This document shows, in pieces, positions 1 to 9,569 of a stretch of DNA of 64,000 bases. The first letter of the stretch is position 1, and each line of letters opens with the position of its first letter. A program made the position numbers and the translations under genes. The notes under the pieces are model-generated. The model was given only the letters and a program-made list of their open reading frames with translations. It was not told where the DNA came from and made no database searches. The stretch is from a virus, in the IMG/VR virus record IMGVR_UViG_3300005098_000013, positions 14,082 through 78,081 of that record; one strand, given 5' to 3'.

Positions 1-26
1 CGATAGAGGTTGGTAAAATAAAGGCA

Positions 27-317
27 ATGCCTTATAAGAAGGAAGATAGGAGTAAGAACCAAGCAAAGGTTGTTGCTGTGTTGAAGAAAGATCCACTTCT
101 AGCTTGGACAATAAAGGAACTACAGGAAGAAGCAGGCATAAAATATCCTGCTGCCACATTGGTAGCTGTGAATGCGTTAGAAAAGAAAGGATTAGTGGAA
201 AAGTTTCAGAACGAAGAAGACAAGACAACTTATGTGCATTGGATTGGTGATAGTGATAGTCGAGTGTTAGTGACGTCTACTAAACAATATATAGCAGAAG
301 AAGATGAACTTGAATAG
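27..317 (+). CDS. winged-helix DNA-binding protein
   Basis: AWTIKELQEEAGI...VNALEKKGLVEK wHTH pattern. Confidence 0.6.
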   Translation: MPYKKEDRSKNQAKVVAVLKKDPLLAWTIKELQEEAGIKYPAATLVAVNALEKKGLVEKFQNEEDKTTYVHWIGDSDSRVLVTSTKQYIAEEDELE

Positions 318-738
318 CAAAGACACACAATGGAAAGGTACGCCTACAGAATGGCTCGAAAAGTGGGTTAGAGAGCGTGAAGAAGCTCGAACATCGCGGG
401 CCACAGTGAAGTTTGTAACAAAGCTTGAAAAGACCTACGTATATCTTGCCACTCACAAGAACTGGGCATATTCAGTAGATGAGTTGAGCGACATAATGGA
501 GATGGATAGGAAAACTGTGAAGCACGTGCTTAAGCTATTGGAGAAGATAGATGCTGCTGAAATGAAGATGGCAGTTGGCGAAAAGTATTACATATTCAAG
601 CAAGAGATGGACGTGCTTGAGGCCTACAAGAAGTTTCTAGTGAAGAAATACAGAAGCTGGAGAATGAGTTCAGAGGAGATTGCTGAAGACATAGTAAGAA
701 AAGGACTGGAAAATGTTGGTGAAAATAGTGCTTCTTGA
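304..738 (+). CDS. winged-helix DNA-binding protein
   Basis: AYSVDELSDIMEMDRKTVKHVLKLLEK HTH pattern. Confidence 0.6.
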   Translation: MNLNSKDTQWKGTPTEWLEKWVREREEARTSRATVKFVTKLEKTYVYLATHKNWAYSVDELSDIMEMDRKTVKHVLKLLEKIDAAEMKMAVGEKYYIFKQEMDVLEAYKKFLVKKYRSWRMSSEEIAEDIVRKGLENVGENSAS

Positions 739-875
739 TGAAAAAGGGAAGGTGGCTAAGATGGAGAGCAGCAAGCCAAGAGAAGAGTTTGAGGCAATAA
801 TGCTATTCGAAGATTTGCAACACAAGATGTATGCTTCAGAGGTAGGAATGGATAAGAACGCAATGTGCAATCCCA

Positions 876-1172
876 ATGCCTAAGCCCAAGCAAATCAGGG
901 AGATGGAGAAGATGCCATTGAAACTGGTTAGAGTGGGCGATGCTATTGCAAGGATTGATGCGAATAAAAAGTTGAAAGAAACGAAGGATGTTCGGAAAGT
1001 ATTCGTTTGGGGCGGCTGTCCTTATCTAAAGGATACTGGAAAGGAGTCAAGAAGCGGAAAGATCTGGTATTGTAGTTTTGAGGACAAGTTCTCAAACGAT
1101 GCAGTGCCGTTTGTTTGTCAAACTTGTGACAAGTATAAGTTGCATAAAAGTTTGACAACACCACAATGGTAA
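876..1172 (+). CDS. hypothetical protein, putative Zn-binding
   Basis: CPY...WYC...CQTC cysteines. Confidence 0.45.
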   Translation: MPKPKQIREMEKMPLKLVRVGDAIARIDANKKLKETKDVRKVFVWGGCPYLKDTGKESRSGKIWYCSFEDKFSNDAVPFVCQTCDKYKLHKSLTTPQW

Positions 1173-1495
1173 GTTTAGGAGAAGATGTAAAATGGCAAAG
1201 GTGACAATGGAAGATGTGAAGGAAGTTCTTATTGCAGACCTTGAAAGAATAAGAGAAGAAGATATAGAAGTAACAGACGCTAATATAGATGAGGCACAAA
1301 AAAATGATAAAGGAAGCAACAACGATTTATGATGTGGAACGCGCATGCATGTTGCATCGATTTGCTGAAAACGAAGAAGAAGTTGGTTCGTGGATACTCA
1401 GTTTATTGATGCAAGGAGGAGAACACAAAGCAATGGAATGATGCTCACCACAATTAATCATGAGGTGAGAAGGTATGTGTTAAAAGAAATAGGAG

Positions 1496-1774
1496 GTGAA
1501 AAAAAGAATGCCAATAGAAAGAGATGTGCTAGAAGGTTTGCCTGCTCCTAGTGGAAGAGGGCCAAGTGTATCGAACACAATACTCGAGTTCTTGGAAAGA
1601 AGCCCGGATCAAGGCTTCTCTTACAAAGAGCTGAGGGAAGCTCTGAAACTGAACTCGCAGAGTGTAAGTTCGGCTTGCAAAAGGCTTGCTGAAGCAGAGC
1701 CTCCAAAAATTATACGCGGGCAAGATGCAACTGGCACAGTCTACGTTGCAGTAGCAACTGCGGAAGAGGACTAG
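1496..1774 (+). CDS. winged-helix DNA-binding protein
   Basis: FSYKELREALKLNSQSVSSACKRL; AGGAG SD before GTG start. Confidence 0.65.
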   Translation: MKKRMPIERDVLEGLPAPSGRGPSVSNTILEFLERSPDQGFSYKELREALKLNSQSVSSACKRLAEAEPPKIIRGQDATGTVYVAVATAEED

Positions 1775-1795
1775 ATTAGATTTGAAAGCAGAATG

Positions 1796-1834
1796 TGGGC
1801 TTGCGTTTTTAAGCAAGCCCAATGTTTTTTTTTT
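1796..1834 (+). terminator. hairpin plus T-tract terminator
   Basis: TGGGCTTGC-loop-GCAAGCCCA followed by T10. Confidence 0.65.
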
Positions 1835-1851
1835 GGAAGGAGGTGTTTAAG

Positions 1852-2373
1852 GTGAAAAGGTTAGTTTTAAAGAAAAAAGAAGCGGAGAAGGTTGAGATTG
1901 AAGAGATACCAGAAGAGAGGCTAGTAAATGTTAGTGGATATTCAGCATTTGTAACTGGGGATGCTGGCAACAGTGTTGTCGTACGAACATTTGGTAGTTT
2001 CGAATACAGAGCGTTTAGTCTTGATGATGCATTTGACTGGGAAATCGGAATAGATGAGCATGGTGACAAGATTTTAGTGCCGCTAAAGAAGAGACAAGGT
2101 AGAATGGAATTAAAGAAATTAGTCATAAAGAAAAAAGAAGAAGGAGAAGTTGAAGAGATACCGGAAGATAGGCTGTGCTGGGTTAAGCTGAAAGATCATT
2201 ATAGAGTTCTTGAAATAAACAATGAGGGAGTATATATGGCTGAAAGGGCGGACGGTGACTTCAAAGACAGGGCAATATATCTTCACTATAACTATGATTG
2301 GGTACTAGGAAAAGATAATATGGGAAATATATGTTTAGTACCATTGAAGAAAGGAGAAGAAGGAGATGTATGA
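1852..2373 (+). CDS. hypothetical protein with tandemly duplicated domain
   Basis: Two copies of KKLVxKKKE..EEIPE(E/D)RL...DWxxGxD..G..LVPLKK; GTG start after GGAGGTG SD (ORF track starts at 1822). Confidence 0.7.
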   Translation: MKRLVLKKKEAEKVEIEEIPEERLVNVSGYSAFVTGDAGNSVVVRTFGSFEYRAFSLDDAFDWEIGIDEHGDKILVPLKKRQGRMELKKLVIKKKEEGEVEEIPEDRLCWVKLKDHYRVLEINNEGVYMAERADGDFKDRAIYLHYNYDWVLGKDNMGNICLVPLKKGEEGDV

Positions 2374-2511
2374 AGTATTTGCAACGTTGGCCTTTTGGAT
2401 TTGCATACTGCTAACTGTGCTAGCGATTATAATTTCAGGCATATACATTGCAGCATGGTTAGTTGACAAGATATGCATTTCGATTGACAAAATGCTTAGC
2501 GAGGAGAAGAA

Positions 2512-2814
2512 GTGAATGATGTGCTGCTGCTTTGCATAGGTATCTTTGGTTGCGGAGCCTTCCTTATAACTATAGGGCCTTGGCTAGTCTACACAATCTT
2601 AACTGCAATAGAGGCTCTGATTGCTACGGAAGGCGATTTTAAAGTTAGTGAGCCTACGGATAATGTAGATGGGTTGGAAGAGGTTCTGGTTGGCTCAGGT
2701 GACAAGGAAGCAATGAGGCCTACTAGGAGAGCAATTAGGAGAGGCATTGTGAGTGGAGGTGAAAAGATGAGACCAATGAAGCGTGTAACAAATGTAAAAG
2801 AGAAGAGGAAGTAA
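2512..2814 (+). CDS. hypothetical membrane protein
   Basis: N-terminal hydrophobic segment. Confidence 0.45.
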   Translation: MNDVLLLCIGIFGCGAFLITIGPWLVYTILTAIEALIATEGDFKVSEPTDNVDGLEEVLVGSGDKEAMRPTRRAIRRGIVSGGEKMRPMKRVTNVKEKRK

Positions 2815-3012
2815 ATGAAAAAAAGAGAGTATGATGTTGTAGCAAAGGCAGTAGAGCCGCCGATTAGAGTGTATTGGAGAGCTAAAGAAGGAGATGAGCT
2901 TTCTTATGACGACGCTTATACTATGGAAGATGCAGAACGTATGAGAGATGAGCTTATTGGAGCAGACTTCATAGATGTAGAAATTGTTGTCAAAGGAAAA
3001 GATAAGGTGTAG
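2815..3012 (+). CDS. hypothetical protein
   Basis: ORF abutting the upstream gene, purine-rich coding strand. Confidence 0.5.
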   Translation: MKKREYDVVAKAVEPPIRVYWRAKEGDELSYDDAYTMEDAERMRDELIGADFIDVEIVVKGKDKV

Positions 3013-3059
3013 GTGTTGTAAAAGTTGGCAAGCTTGTAATTAGCTTGCCAATTTAATTT

Positions 3060-3126
3060 GAGGCAATATGGTAACAAAATAGTAGCCTGTGCTGCTTGAG
3101 TGGGAGTTCGACTCTTCCTTGCCTCA
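3060..3126 (+). ncRNA. tRNA-like element (acceptor stem plus T-arm, aberrant D/anticodon arms)
   Basis: GAGGCAA/TTGCCTC-A acceptor stem; GGGAG-TTCGACT-CTTCC T-arm. Confidence 0.5.
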
Positions 3127-3236
3127 ATGAGGTGAGAAAAAGAAATGGATGAAGAAGACGAAATAGCAAAGATAGAAGAGGTACACGAGAGAGCTACATG
3201 GAGGCAACAACTCTATGACCTGGAAGGTGAGGAGAG

Positions 3237-3497
3237 ATGTTGAAGGAAATACACATAGTGGTAAGGACAGATAATGTGAAGGAAATCAAGTATGTGTTTC
3301 AGAAAGTCGACGAGGCTGCTGAGCTTGTTGGAGTAGACAAGATGCAACTATCGATGGTAGACAAAGAAAAGAAGTTGTGGTGGAAAGGAGGTGTGAAAGA
3401 AATGAGCGAGAGAACAAGGAACTGGGTTGGCATAGCAATTGTTGCAAGCATTACGTTTGCAATTAGTTGCACCATAACGGTTCTGTCATTAACCTGA
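3237..3497 (+). CDS. hypothetical protein with C-terminal TM helix
   Basis: SD upstream; hydrophobic C-terminus. Confidence 0.45.
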   Translation: MLKEIHIVVRTDNVKEIKYVFQKVDEAAELVGVDKMQLSMVDKEKKLWWKGGVKEMSERTRNWVGIAIVASITFAISCTITVLSLT

Positions 3498-3685
3498 GAA
3501 AAGGTTAGGGTCTGCTTCAGGAGAAGAGAGTGTTAGGAGGTAAAGAAAAGAATGAAAGCAAAGTATGTGAAAGTCTTGAAAGAAGAGTTAGAGGAGCATA
3601 TAGAGGAGGCAAGTAGGCGAATAGAGTATTGGAAAGGTAGGAAGGCAGCATTCGAGCAGCTTTTGAAACAAAAGGAGGGAGAGAT

Positions 3686-3955
3686 GTGACGTATGAGTAT
3701 GAGATCCTAGCTTGCGTAGTGCCAAATTATTTGGCGTCACTTAGCGCGGAGCTGAGTAAGATAGAAGTGGTGAAAGCGAATCCGCTAGGAACGTGGGTAA
3801 GGATTGGTTATGTTAGAACCAGCAGAAAGTTGGACGATGAAAACATGGAGAAGATTAGGAAAACGTTTAGAGGAAAGTTGAAACATTTGCAACAGTGGGC
3901 ACATGGATCGATTAGAAAGTTTGAAATAAGACAATTGGTACCTAAGGAAGGTTAG
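3686..3955 (+). CDS. hypothetical protein
   Basis: ORF with GGAGG SD. Confidence 0.5.
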   Translation: MTYEYEILACVVPNYLASLSAELSKIEVVKANPLGTWVRIGYVRTSRKLDDENMEKIRKTFRGKLKHLQQWAHGSIRKFEIRQLVPKEG

Positions 3956-4007
3956 GCGAGGAAGATGAGTGAAGAGGGCTATAATAAGTTAGTAGACAAT
4001 AGAGGAG

Positions 4008-4244
4008 GTGAAGAAGATGAATGGAAATAGTGGCCTTAGGAGATTTCAATTAAACCCAACAGGTGTACAAGCAACTGAGGTAGTGAAGAGAAAGAAGCCA
4101 GAGATGCAGAAAGTGAAGATAAAGATTGTTGTGGAAAGTGAAAAAGAAATTAGAGATGGCGTAATAGAAGAAGAATGGTTAGCAAACATGACAATGACTG
4201 AAGTAATGGAACAGATTATAGAGGCAATAAAGGAGATAGAATAA
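4008..4244 (+). CDS. hypothetical protein
   Basis: ORF with GGAGG SD. Confidence 0.5.
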   Translation: MKKMNGNSGLRRFQLNPTGVQATEVVKRKKPEMQKVKIKIVVESEKEIRDGVIEEEWLANMTMTEVMEQIIEAIKEIE

Positions 4245-4294
4245 GAAGAGGAGGCTGCCATGAAGGAACTGCATCGCTAAGCCCAGCACTGGGC

Positions 4295-4696
4295 ATGGGA
4301 GAGAAGATGAAGGAAATAAAACGCATCTTGAGTGTAGAGGAGGCAGAAGAGTTAAGGCAATGTTTACGAAAGAAGAAGTTCGCATTTCGCAACCGTTTCA
4401 GTGGCTACGAGGAGGTAATTCATTACACTACAAGTACACGGCTAAAGGTCCACTTTATCTTTTCTCCGTGTCTTGGTTCAGATGGTGAAGATATGATAAA
4501 GGTGAAGTTTCATATTGATAATGTGTACGAGAAACATCACAGACTATCAACTAAGCTAAAGGATTATGAACGTATTCTTAAATGGTTGGCTTTGCCATCT
4601 GAATTAGCATTTGGTTTGACAGGTGCATTTACAAAAAAGAAGTGGGTTGCAAAGAGGTTCAGGAGAAGAGCATTAGGGTCAAAAAACAAAAAATGA
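4295..4696 (+). CDS. hypothetical protein
   Basis: ORF in early gene run. Confidence 0.5.
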   Translation: MGEKMKEIKRILSVEEAEELRQCLRKKKFAFRNRFSGYEEVIHYTTSTRLKVHFIFSPCLGSDGEDMIKVKFHIDNVYEKHHRLSTKLKDYERILKWLALPSELAFGLTGAFTKKKWVAKRFRRRALGSKNKK

Positions 4697-4705
4697 ATAA
4701 AAGCT

Positions 4706-5185
4706 ATGCTGGTAATTGGAGACCGCACTGTTCAAAGTGTGGTAGGTTCGTGGGCAAAGATGGACTCTTTGATGTATCCTATGATGATTACACGGGAGGT
4801 TATGAGTATGAAAGGTAAAGAAGAAGGAATGGCCAAAAATAAGAAAAGCAAAGTGGAAGAAAAGAATATAGAATTAATTAAGGAATGCATTTTTGATTGC
4901 ATTCAAAAGTGGTTAGCAGACAAGAGACGAGGCCCATTTTCATGGGTAGATGATGGGCTAGCATCCTATGATGGAATAGGACGAGATGCTGCATATAAGT
5001 TGCATTGGGGATGGGTTGGTGCATGGAATGAAAGTGGCAGAGAGAAAACAATGCATGTATTTTTGCGCGAATGGGCAACAGATAGCAATATACGTGCTGC
5101 TATAGAAAGGGAGGATTTTTCGTTGATGCCTGGCACTTATGTTCCAGATAAAGTTGGTACATTCAAAAGGTTAGAGGGTGAATAG
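4706..5185 (+). CDS. hypothetical protein
   Basis: ORF; true start probably downstream (about 4802-4829). Confidence 0.5.
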   Translation: MLVIGDRTVQSVVGSWAKMDSLMYPMMITREVMSMKGKEEGMAKNKKSKVEEKNIELIKECIFDCIQKWLADKRRGPFSWVDDGLASYDGIGRDAAYKLHWGWVGAWNESGREKTMHVFLREWATDSNIRAAIEREDFSLMPGTYVPDKVGTFKRLEGE

Positions 5186-5186
5186 T

Positions 5187-5348
5187 ATGATGAAAGAGCC
5201 AATGGTTCAAATAGCTTGCTTGATGGATGTTGATTTGGTCGCAAAACTAGAGGTAGTTAAGAAGGAGAAAGGGAAGAGAACAGGGTGGATAGTTAGGGAA
5301 GCTGTTAAGAGATATTTGGATGATGAAATCAAAAGGACAGGGGGGTGA
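5187..5348 (+). CDS. ribbon-helix-helix (CopG-like) protein, 53 aa, not in ORF track
   Basis: Hand translation MMKEPMVQIACLMDVDLVAKLEVVKKEKGKRTGWIVREAVKRYLDDEIKRTGG. Confidence 0.6.
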   Translation: MMKEPMVQIACLMDVDLVAKLEVVKKEKGKRTGWIVREAVKRYLDDEIKRTGG

Positions 5349-5358
5349 ATAAGAAAAG

Positions 5359-5607
5359 ATGGAAGAAGGAGAAGAAGGTGGTTTGATGGGGTGGTACAAT
5401 GATGAGGATGTAAAGCCAATAGTTGAAGTAGAGTTGGCAGGACCAAGCGGAAATGTGTTTGCAATAATGGGAAACGCAAGTGCTAAGTTAAGGAGAGCAA
5501 ACCGCAGTGAAGAGGCAAAAGAAATGGTTAGCAGAGTAGTAAAGGCAAAGAGTTATGAAGAGGCACTGGAAATTATTGAAGAGTATGTAAGACTCATAAA
5601 GTGGTGA
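5359..5607 (+). CDS. conserved viral hypothetical protein
   Basis: LxGPxGNVFAIMG...SYEEAL motif familiar from small phage proteins. Confidence 0.55.
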   Translation: MEEGEEGGLMGWYNDEDVKPIVEVELAGPSGNVFAIMGNASAKLRRANRSEEAKEMVSRVVKAKSYEEALEIIEEYVRLIKW

Positions 5608-6227
5608 AGATGGAAAAGATAGAACAAATCTTTAGGCATTCTGCCCATCTCAAAATACTGCTTCTGTACCATAAGAATAATGAACTTATAACAACAATTG
5701 GCAAACTCGCAGAAAAAATTGGAATGAGTCAAGTGTCTGTAAGGAATGCAGTCAACGATCTTGCGGAGGCAAGAGTGCTAGATGCGTTATATACAGGAAG
5801 AAGGCGTGTTATAAGAATTGCCAATACAACGCAAGCACAGTTAGTTTTTAGTTTTATCGAGGAAATAAATAATGCCGAAGAAAAGCAGCGTTTTGTTTTG
5901 AGCTCGGACTGGTTGAACGAAGCTATAGGTAGGCCAAAGCCAAGAAAATTAAAAGATGTGCTTTCTTTGTGTCACAAGACGCCACACTATAAGTATATTT
6001 GCGATGCACTGCAAACTAGCAATGGTGAGGTAGAAGAGTTGTACCAGGAATATTGTGCGTTATGCAAGTCGAAAAATGTTAAGCCCCTAAAAGAGGTTAC
6101 AATATCAGGGTATTTAAGGGGGCTTGTTAGAGAAGGCAAGGTAATACAAGATAAAAGAAAGCATGTAGATAAAGGAAGGTATAGAGTCAAAGAGAAGGTA
6201 GGAGTTGAAGATAGAAGCAGAAGGTGA
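5601..6227 (+). CDS. double winged-helix transcription regulator
   Basis: TIGKLAEKIGMSQVSVRNAVNDL; C-terminal TISGYLRGLVREGKV resembles a Cdc6-type wH. Confidence 0.6.
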   Translation: MVKMEKIEQIFRHSAHLKILLLYHKNNELITTIGKLAEKIGMSQVSVRNAVNDLAEARVLDALYTGRRRVIRIANTTQAQLVFSFIEEINNAEEKQRFVLSSDWLNEAIGRPKPRKLKDVLSLCHKTPHYKYICDALQTSNGEVEELYQEYCALCKSKNVKPLKEVTISGYLRGLVREGKVIQDKRKHVDKGRYRVKEKVGVEDRSRR

Positions 6228-6389
6228 TGAGGTTTTACGAGAAACGGCAAATCAACGATTTAAATGAATAATAATAAGTCTTTATTATTATCGAGAAATG
6301 AAGTATTAAAAAATTGAAGGCTTAAAAAGAAATAATAATATTGAATTATTATTACTACTAATGAATCAAAAAAAAAGGAACGAGGCTTC

Positions 6390-7133
6390 TCATTCCTGTT
6401 TCTTATTAGCCTCGTACCATTCTTTTGCTCTTTTCCATTCCTCTGCAGTCAAGGCTGGATCCGGGAAACCTGTTTCGCAGAAGCCTTTCACTCGATTCCA
6501 ACAGCTATCGCACCTTAGACATGGCCGTTCAGCACCCTCGTAGCAACTCCAGCTCAGCTCAAAAGGTGCATTGGCTTTCCAACCTAACAATATTATATCT
6601 GCCTTGCTTAAGTTTCCCAGATGATGTATTCTTAGGTCATGTTTGCCTCTTGCCCATCTTTCACCGCCCATTGTTATAGCTTGTTGCATCTTCACTAAAT
6701 ATTCCGGTCTGCAATCGCAATAATTTGAGTAGTCCACCACGTTGGTCGCGATGAAGACGTTATCGGCTCCAATCGACTCGGCTAAGCCTGCAGCTATACT
6801 CAAGAACATAGTATTCCTCAGTGGCACATATGTAACTGCTGCTTCATCGTCTCCTAACTCCTTATGTTCCGGAATCTCATCGGTTAAGAGAGCACTCTTA
6901 AAGAGTTGCTTCACGAACTTTAGCTCTGCAAATCTCCACTTGATTCCTAACTTGAATGCTATCTTCCTTGCTGCCTCTACTTCCTTCACATGCTTTTGTC
7001 CGTACCCAAATGTCAAAGCTGTTACCTCATATCCTTTCTTTACTGCAGTTGCTGTAAGTGCACAAGAATCCAAGCCACCGCTTAACAAGCACACAGCTTT
7101 CTTATTTGGCATATGTCTTACATTCTTTTTCAT
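6390..7133 (-). CDS. queC: 7-cyano-7-deazaguanine synthase
   Basis: SGGLDS PP-loop, YGQKH, TYVPLRN, YxDCRPE, SCY..C..CDSC Zn site. Confidence 0.95.
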   Translation of the reverse strand: MKKNVRHMPNKKAVCLLSGGLDSCALTATAVKKGYEVTALTFGYGQKHVKEVEAARKIAFKLGIKWRFAELKFVKQLFKSALLTDEIPEHKELGDDEAAVTYVPLRNTMFLSIAAGLAESIGADNVFIATNVVDYSNYCDCRPEYLVKMQQAITMGGERWARGKHDLRIHHLGNLSKADIILLGWKANAPFELSWSCYEGAERPCLRCDSCWNRVKGFCETGFPDPALTAEEWKRAKEWYEANKKQE

Positions 7134-7153
7134 TCTTTTCTCACCTCCTAAAC

Positions 7154-7981
7154 TTATAGTTTTCCTTCGAACATACTATAAGCATCAAATGGGTGTATGC
7201 TTTCTTGCGAATCACATTCCACCTTGCACCAATGAACGTCTAACTCCTTTAATTGTTCAACAGCATCTCTCACTACATCTTCTACAAACTTGGTGTTTTC
7301 ATGCATATACTCCACCGCCCTCTTTTCGTCTGGCCTTTTCAATATGTTATAGACAGGCGAAGAGAATGACTTATGCGCAATTTCCACCAACTCTTCTGCG
7401 CTAACTTCTACCAACTCAGTTAGAACCTCTACTTCAATCCTTAATGTGCAGCGTTGATTATGAGCAACTCCATTTTTGCACATTTCCCTGGCACAAGGGC
7501 AGCAGGTTGCTCCAATCACTTCTACACCTAAAGTTGGCTTCTCTCCTGACTTTGCATAACCTAGAAGCTTGTATACCTCACCTTTTGCCTCTCTTTCTGC
7601 CCACAATTCCACTTCAGCAAACTCACAATACTCACTTCTTCTCTTAATATCATCAGCAATGCTCCTTGCTAACCATTCAATGCCTCTCGTTTCCTTTGGA
7701 AACACCAAATTCTCTTCCATTGCCTGTACCAAACGAGATAAGTGAGCGCCTCTTTGATCTTTCGGCAAACTCAGATACAAATTTGCATTGATTATCACTT
7801 CCCTGTCTGATTCTGGCCGATGTATGATTATCGGCATCCTTACCCCTTTCAAACCCACTCTATTCAATGCTACACTCTCTACTACTTCATTCTGGACATC
7901 TCGTTTTCCTACCATACTGCTTTGGTCTTCACCTCTCTTATACATTCTTATTTCTCCTCCTTCCATCTGCTTCTTTTTCAT
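7154..7981 (-). CDS. folE2: GTP cyclohydrolase IB (FolE2/MptA family)
   Basis: RGAHLSR, TCCPCA, AHNQR, LKRPDEK, FVEDVVR, ESIH motifs. Confidence 0.92.
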   Translation of the reverse strand: MKKKQMEGGEIRMYKRGEDQSSMVGKRDVQNEVVESVALNRVGLKGVRMPIIIHRPESDREVIINANLYLSLPKDQRGAHLSRLVQAMEENLVFPKETRGIEWLARSIADDIKRRSEYCEFAEVELWAEREAKGEVYKLLGYAKSGEKPTLGVEVIGATCCPCAREMCKNGVAHNQRCTLRIEVEVLTELVEVSAEELVEIAHKSFSSPVYNILKRPDEKRAVEYMHENTKFVEDVVRDAVEQLKELDVHWCKVECDSQESIHPFDAYSMFEGKL

Positions 7982-7994
7982 GCCAAACTTTTCC

Positions 7995-9542
7995 TTATCC
8001 TATTAAACAAACCTTACCTTCTTCCCTCTTGATTCTCTTCTGCTTCACTAGCCTCCCTATAAGCTCCTCAGACTTTCCATATTGCAAACCAAAGTCAAGC
8101 AGCTCATCTTTCAATTCAATCTCTCCCATTTCACCTGCTTCCAAAATTCTGACCACCTGCTGCTCTTCTGCACCTCTCGAAATCTGAGTTCTCCATTCCT
8201 TTGCAACATTCATAAGCTTCTGGAGTTCAGGTGTAATGTCTACCTTCAAAACCGAACCAAAATTAGTTGTTGCAATGGTATAGCCAATCCCAAGCCTCTC
8301 AAACAACGGCTCAATATAATGCGGCACTTTCAGCGTATCAATGCTTTTCATAAACTCATCAGTAAACTTTACACTTCTTAGTTCATCGATTCTTTTCATG
8401 ACATCTGTTACATCCCAGCCTATCTTCTTTAGCATTCCTATATCCCCTCTTACTCCTTTGCTGTTCCTCCTACACCACTTTAACTTTTCCTTTTCTGCAA
8501 CTGACGGAATAAAGTTCACAAAGAAAAACCTACGTCCTAATCCAGAGGACAAGTCAAACCTTGTTGGTTGGCTTGCTGCAAACAATGTGATATCAGTGTC
8601 GTAGCGTATCTCTCCCGCAGCTAGCCTCTTTACCAAATGCCCCGAATCCAAAGCTGTAAGCAATGCATTGTCCAGATTGGAGGAATGTTCTTGCTTCATT
8701 GCCGTTGTCAACGCCGAAAACTCCTCTATCCCCACGATGTAATCTGCATAATCATGCGCGGCTCCGTACGTAATTATTGGCTCGCCGCTATCATCTGTAG
8801 CCCTAATTGTCCCGGTAAAGCCTGCCTCAGTTAAGTTGCCGCTATAGGTTGTCTTTAACTCCGTGCCTCCTAGCGCGCTTGTTGGCCCACTTAGCAACAC
8901 TTTCAAGATGAATGATTTGGAATTATGCACTACCAGATTGTTTGCAATGTAGTGTTCCTGAGAAGTTGTGAAGTCAACAGCAGGTCCTTGGCGATACATC
9001 TTTGTTCTTTTCGTAACATGTGCTGTTGTATAGCCGAGATACATTGGTTTTTTCTTCCATGTCTGAGATTCATGAACCTTCAGTTCATTAGGTGTAAAGG
9101 CAGTCACTATCTGGTCCTTTAGCGTAAGATCTTTAGCATGTTTCCATCCATTTTTGGTTAAAACCCGATGTTGTCCCGAACATTTTAGGCCATGCGGCAG
9201 TTCATAATAGTCTACATTACTGCGCGTCTTATTCAGAACTATATTTGGCTTGCCATTGATTGATGCTAACCTGTCTCCTACTCGAACGTCTACTGCAGCT
9301 TTGTGAATTCCACTTTCCATAAGAACAGTTGTAGTTGGAGCAACGCAAAAACCTGGTGGCGCAATGAAGAACATATGTATTCTTAAGTCTGGCACAGCTC
9401 CTGCTTCCATGTAAAACTGATTCTTCTTGTTTGCCAAATTTGCCAAGTGACAACACACAGCAGTAACATAGTACGGAACGAACGTTTTGACAAAACAAAT
9501 TTTCCGTGACTCGAGAAACTCAAGTACGCTCTGCATTAACAT
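7995..9542 (-). CDS. MCM-like AAA+ helicase (no N-terminal domain) with intein
   Basis: Spliced Walker A APPGF/SKS, TEAGFTG, Walker B GIEEF, LFAASQP, Arg finger GRRF. Confidence 0.75.
   Translation of the reverse strand: MLMQSVLEFLESRKICFVKTFVPYYVTAVCCHLANLANKKNQFYMEAGAVPDLRIHMFFIAPPGFCVAPTTTVLMESGIHKAAVDVRVGDRLASINGKPNIVLNKTRSNVDYYELPHGLKCSGQHRVLTKNGWKHAKDLTLKDQIVTAFTPNELKVHESQTWKKKPMYLGYTTAHVTKRTKMYRQGPAVDFTTSQEHYIANNLVVHNSKSFILKVLLSGPTSALGGTELKTTYSGNLTEAGFTGTIRATDDSGEPIITYGAAHDYADYIVGIEEFSALTTAMKQEHSSNLDNALLTALDSGHLVKRLAAGEIRYDTDITLFAASQPTRFDLSSGLGRRFFFVNFIPSVAEKEKLKWCRRNSKGVRGDIGMLKKIGWDVTDVMKRIDELRSVKFTDEFMKSIDTLKVPHYIEPLFERLGIGYTIATTNFGSVLKVDITPELQKLMNVAKEWRTQISRGAEEQQVVRILEAGEMGEIELKDELLDFGLQYGKSEELIGRLVKQKRIKREEGKVCLIG
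8922..9347 (-). mobile_element. mini-intein (142 aa) in Walker A of MCM-like helicase
   Basis: Starts CVAPTT, ends IANNLVVHN followed by Ser; no LAGLIDADG motifs. Confidence 0.9.
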
Positions 9543-9569
9543 ATTCCACCTTCTTGTTTACATAGGTGT

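Noticed and set aside
6742-7404. Long antisense ORFs (also 15244-15822, 31675-32217, 35881-36477 and many others)
   Set aside because: Shadows of well-supported genes on the opposite strand; no motifs or SD sites
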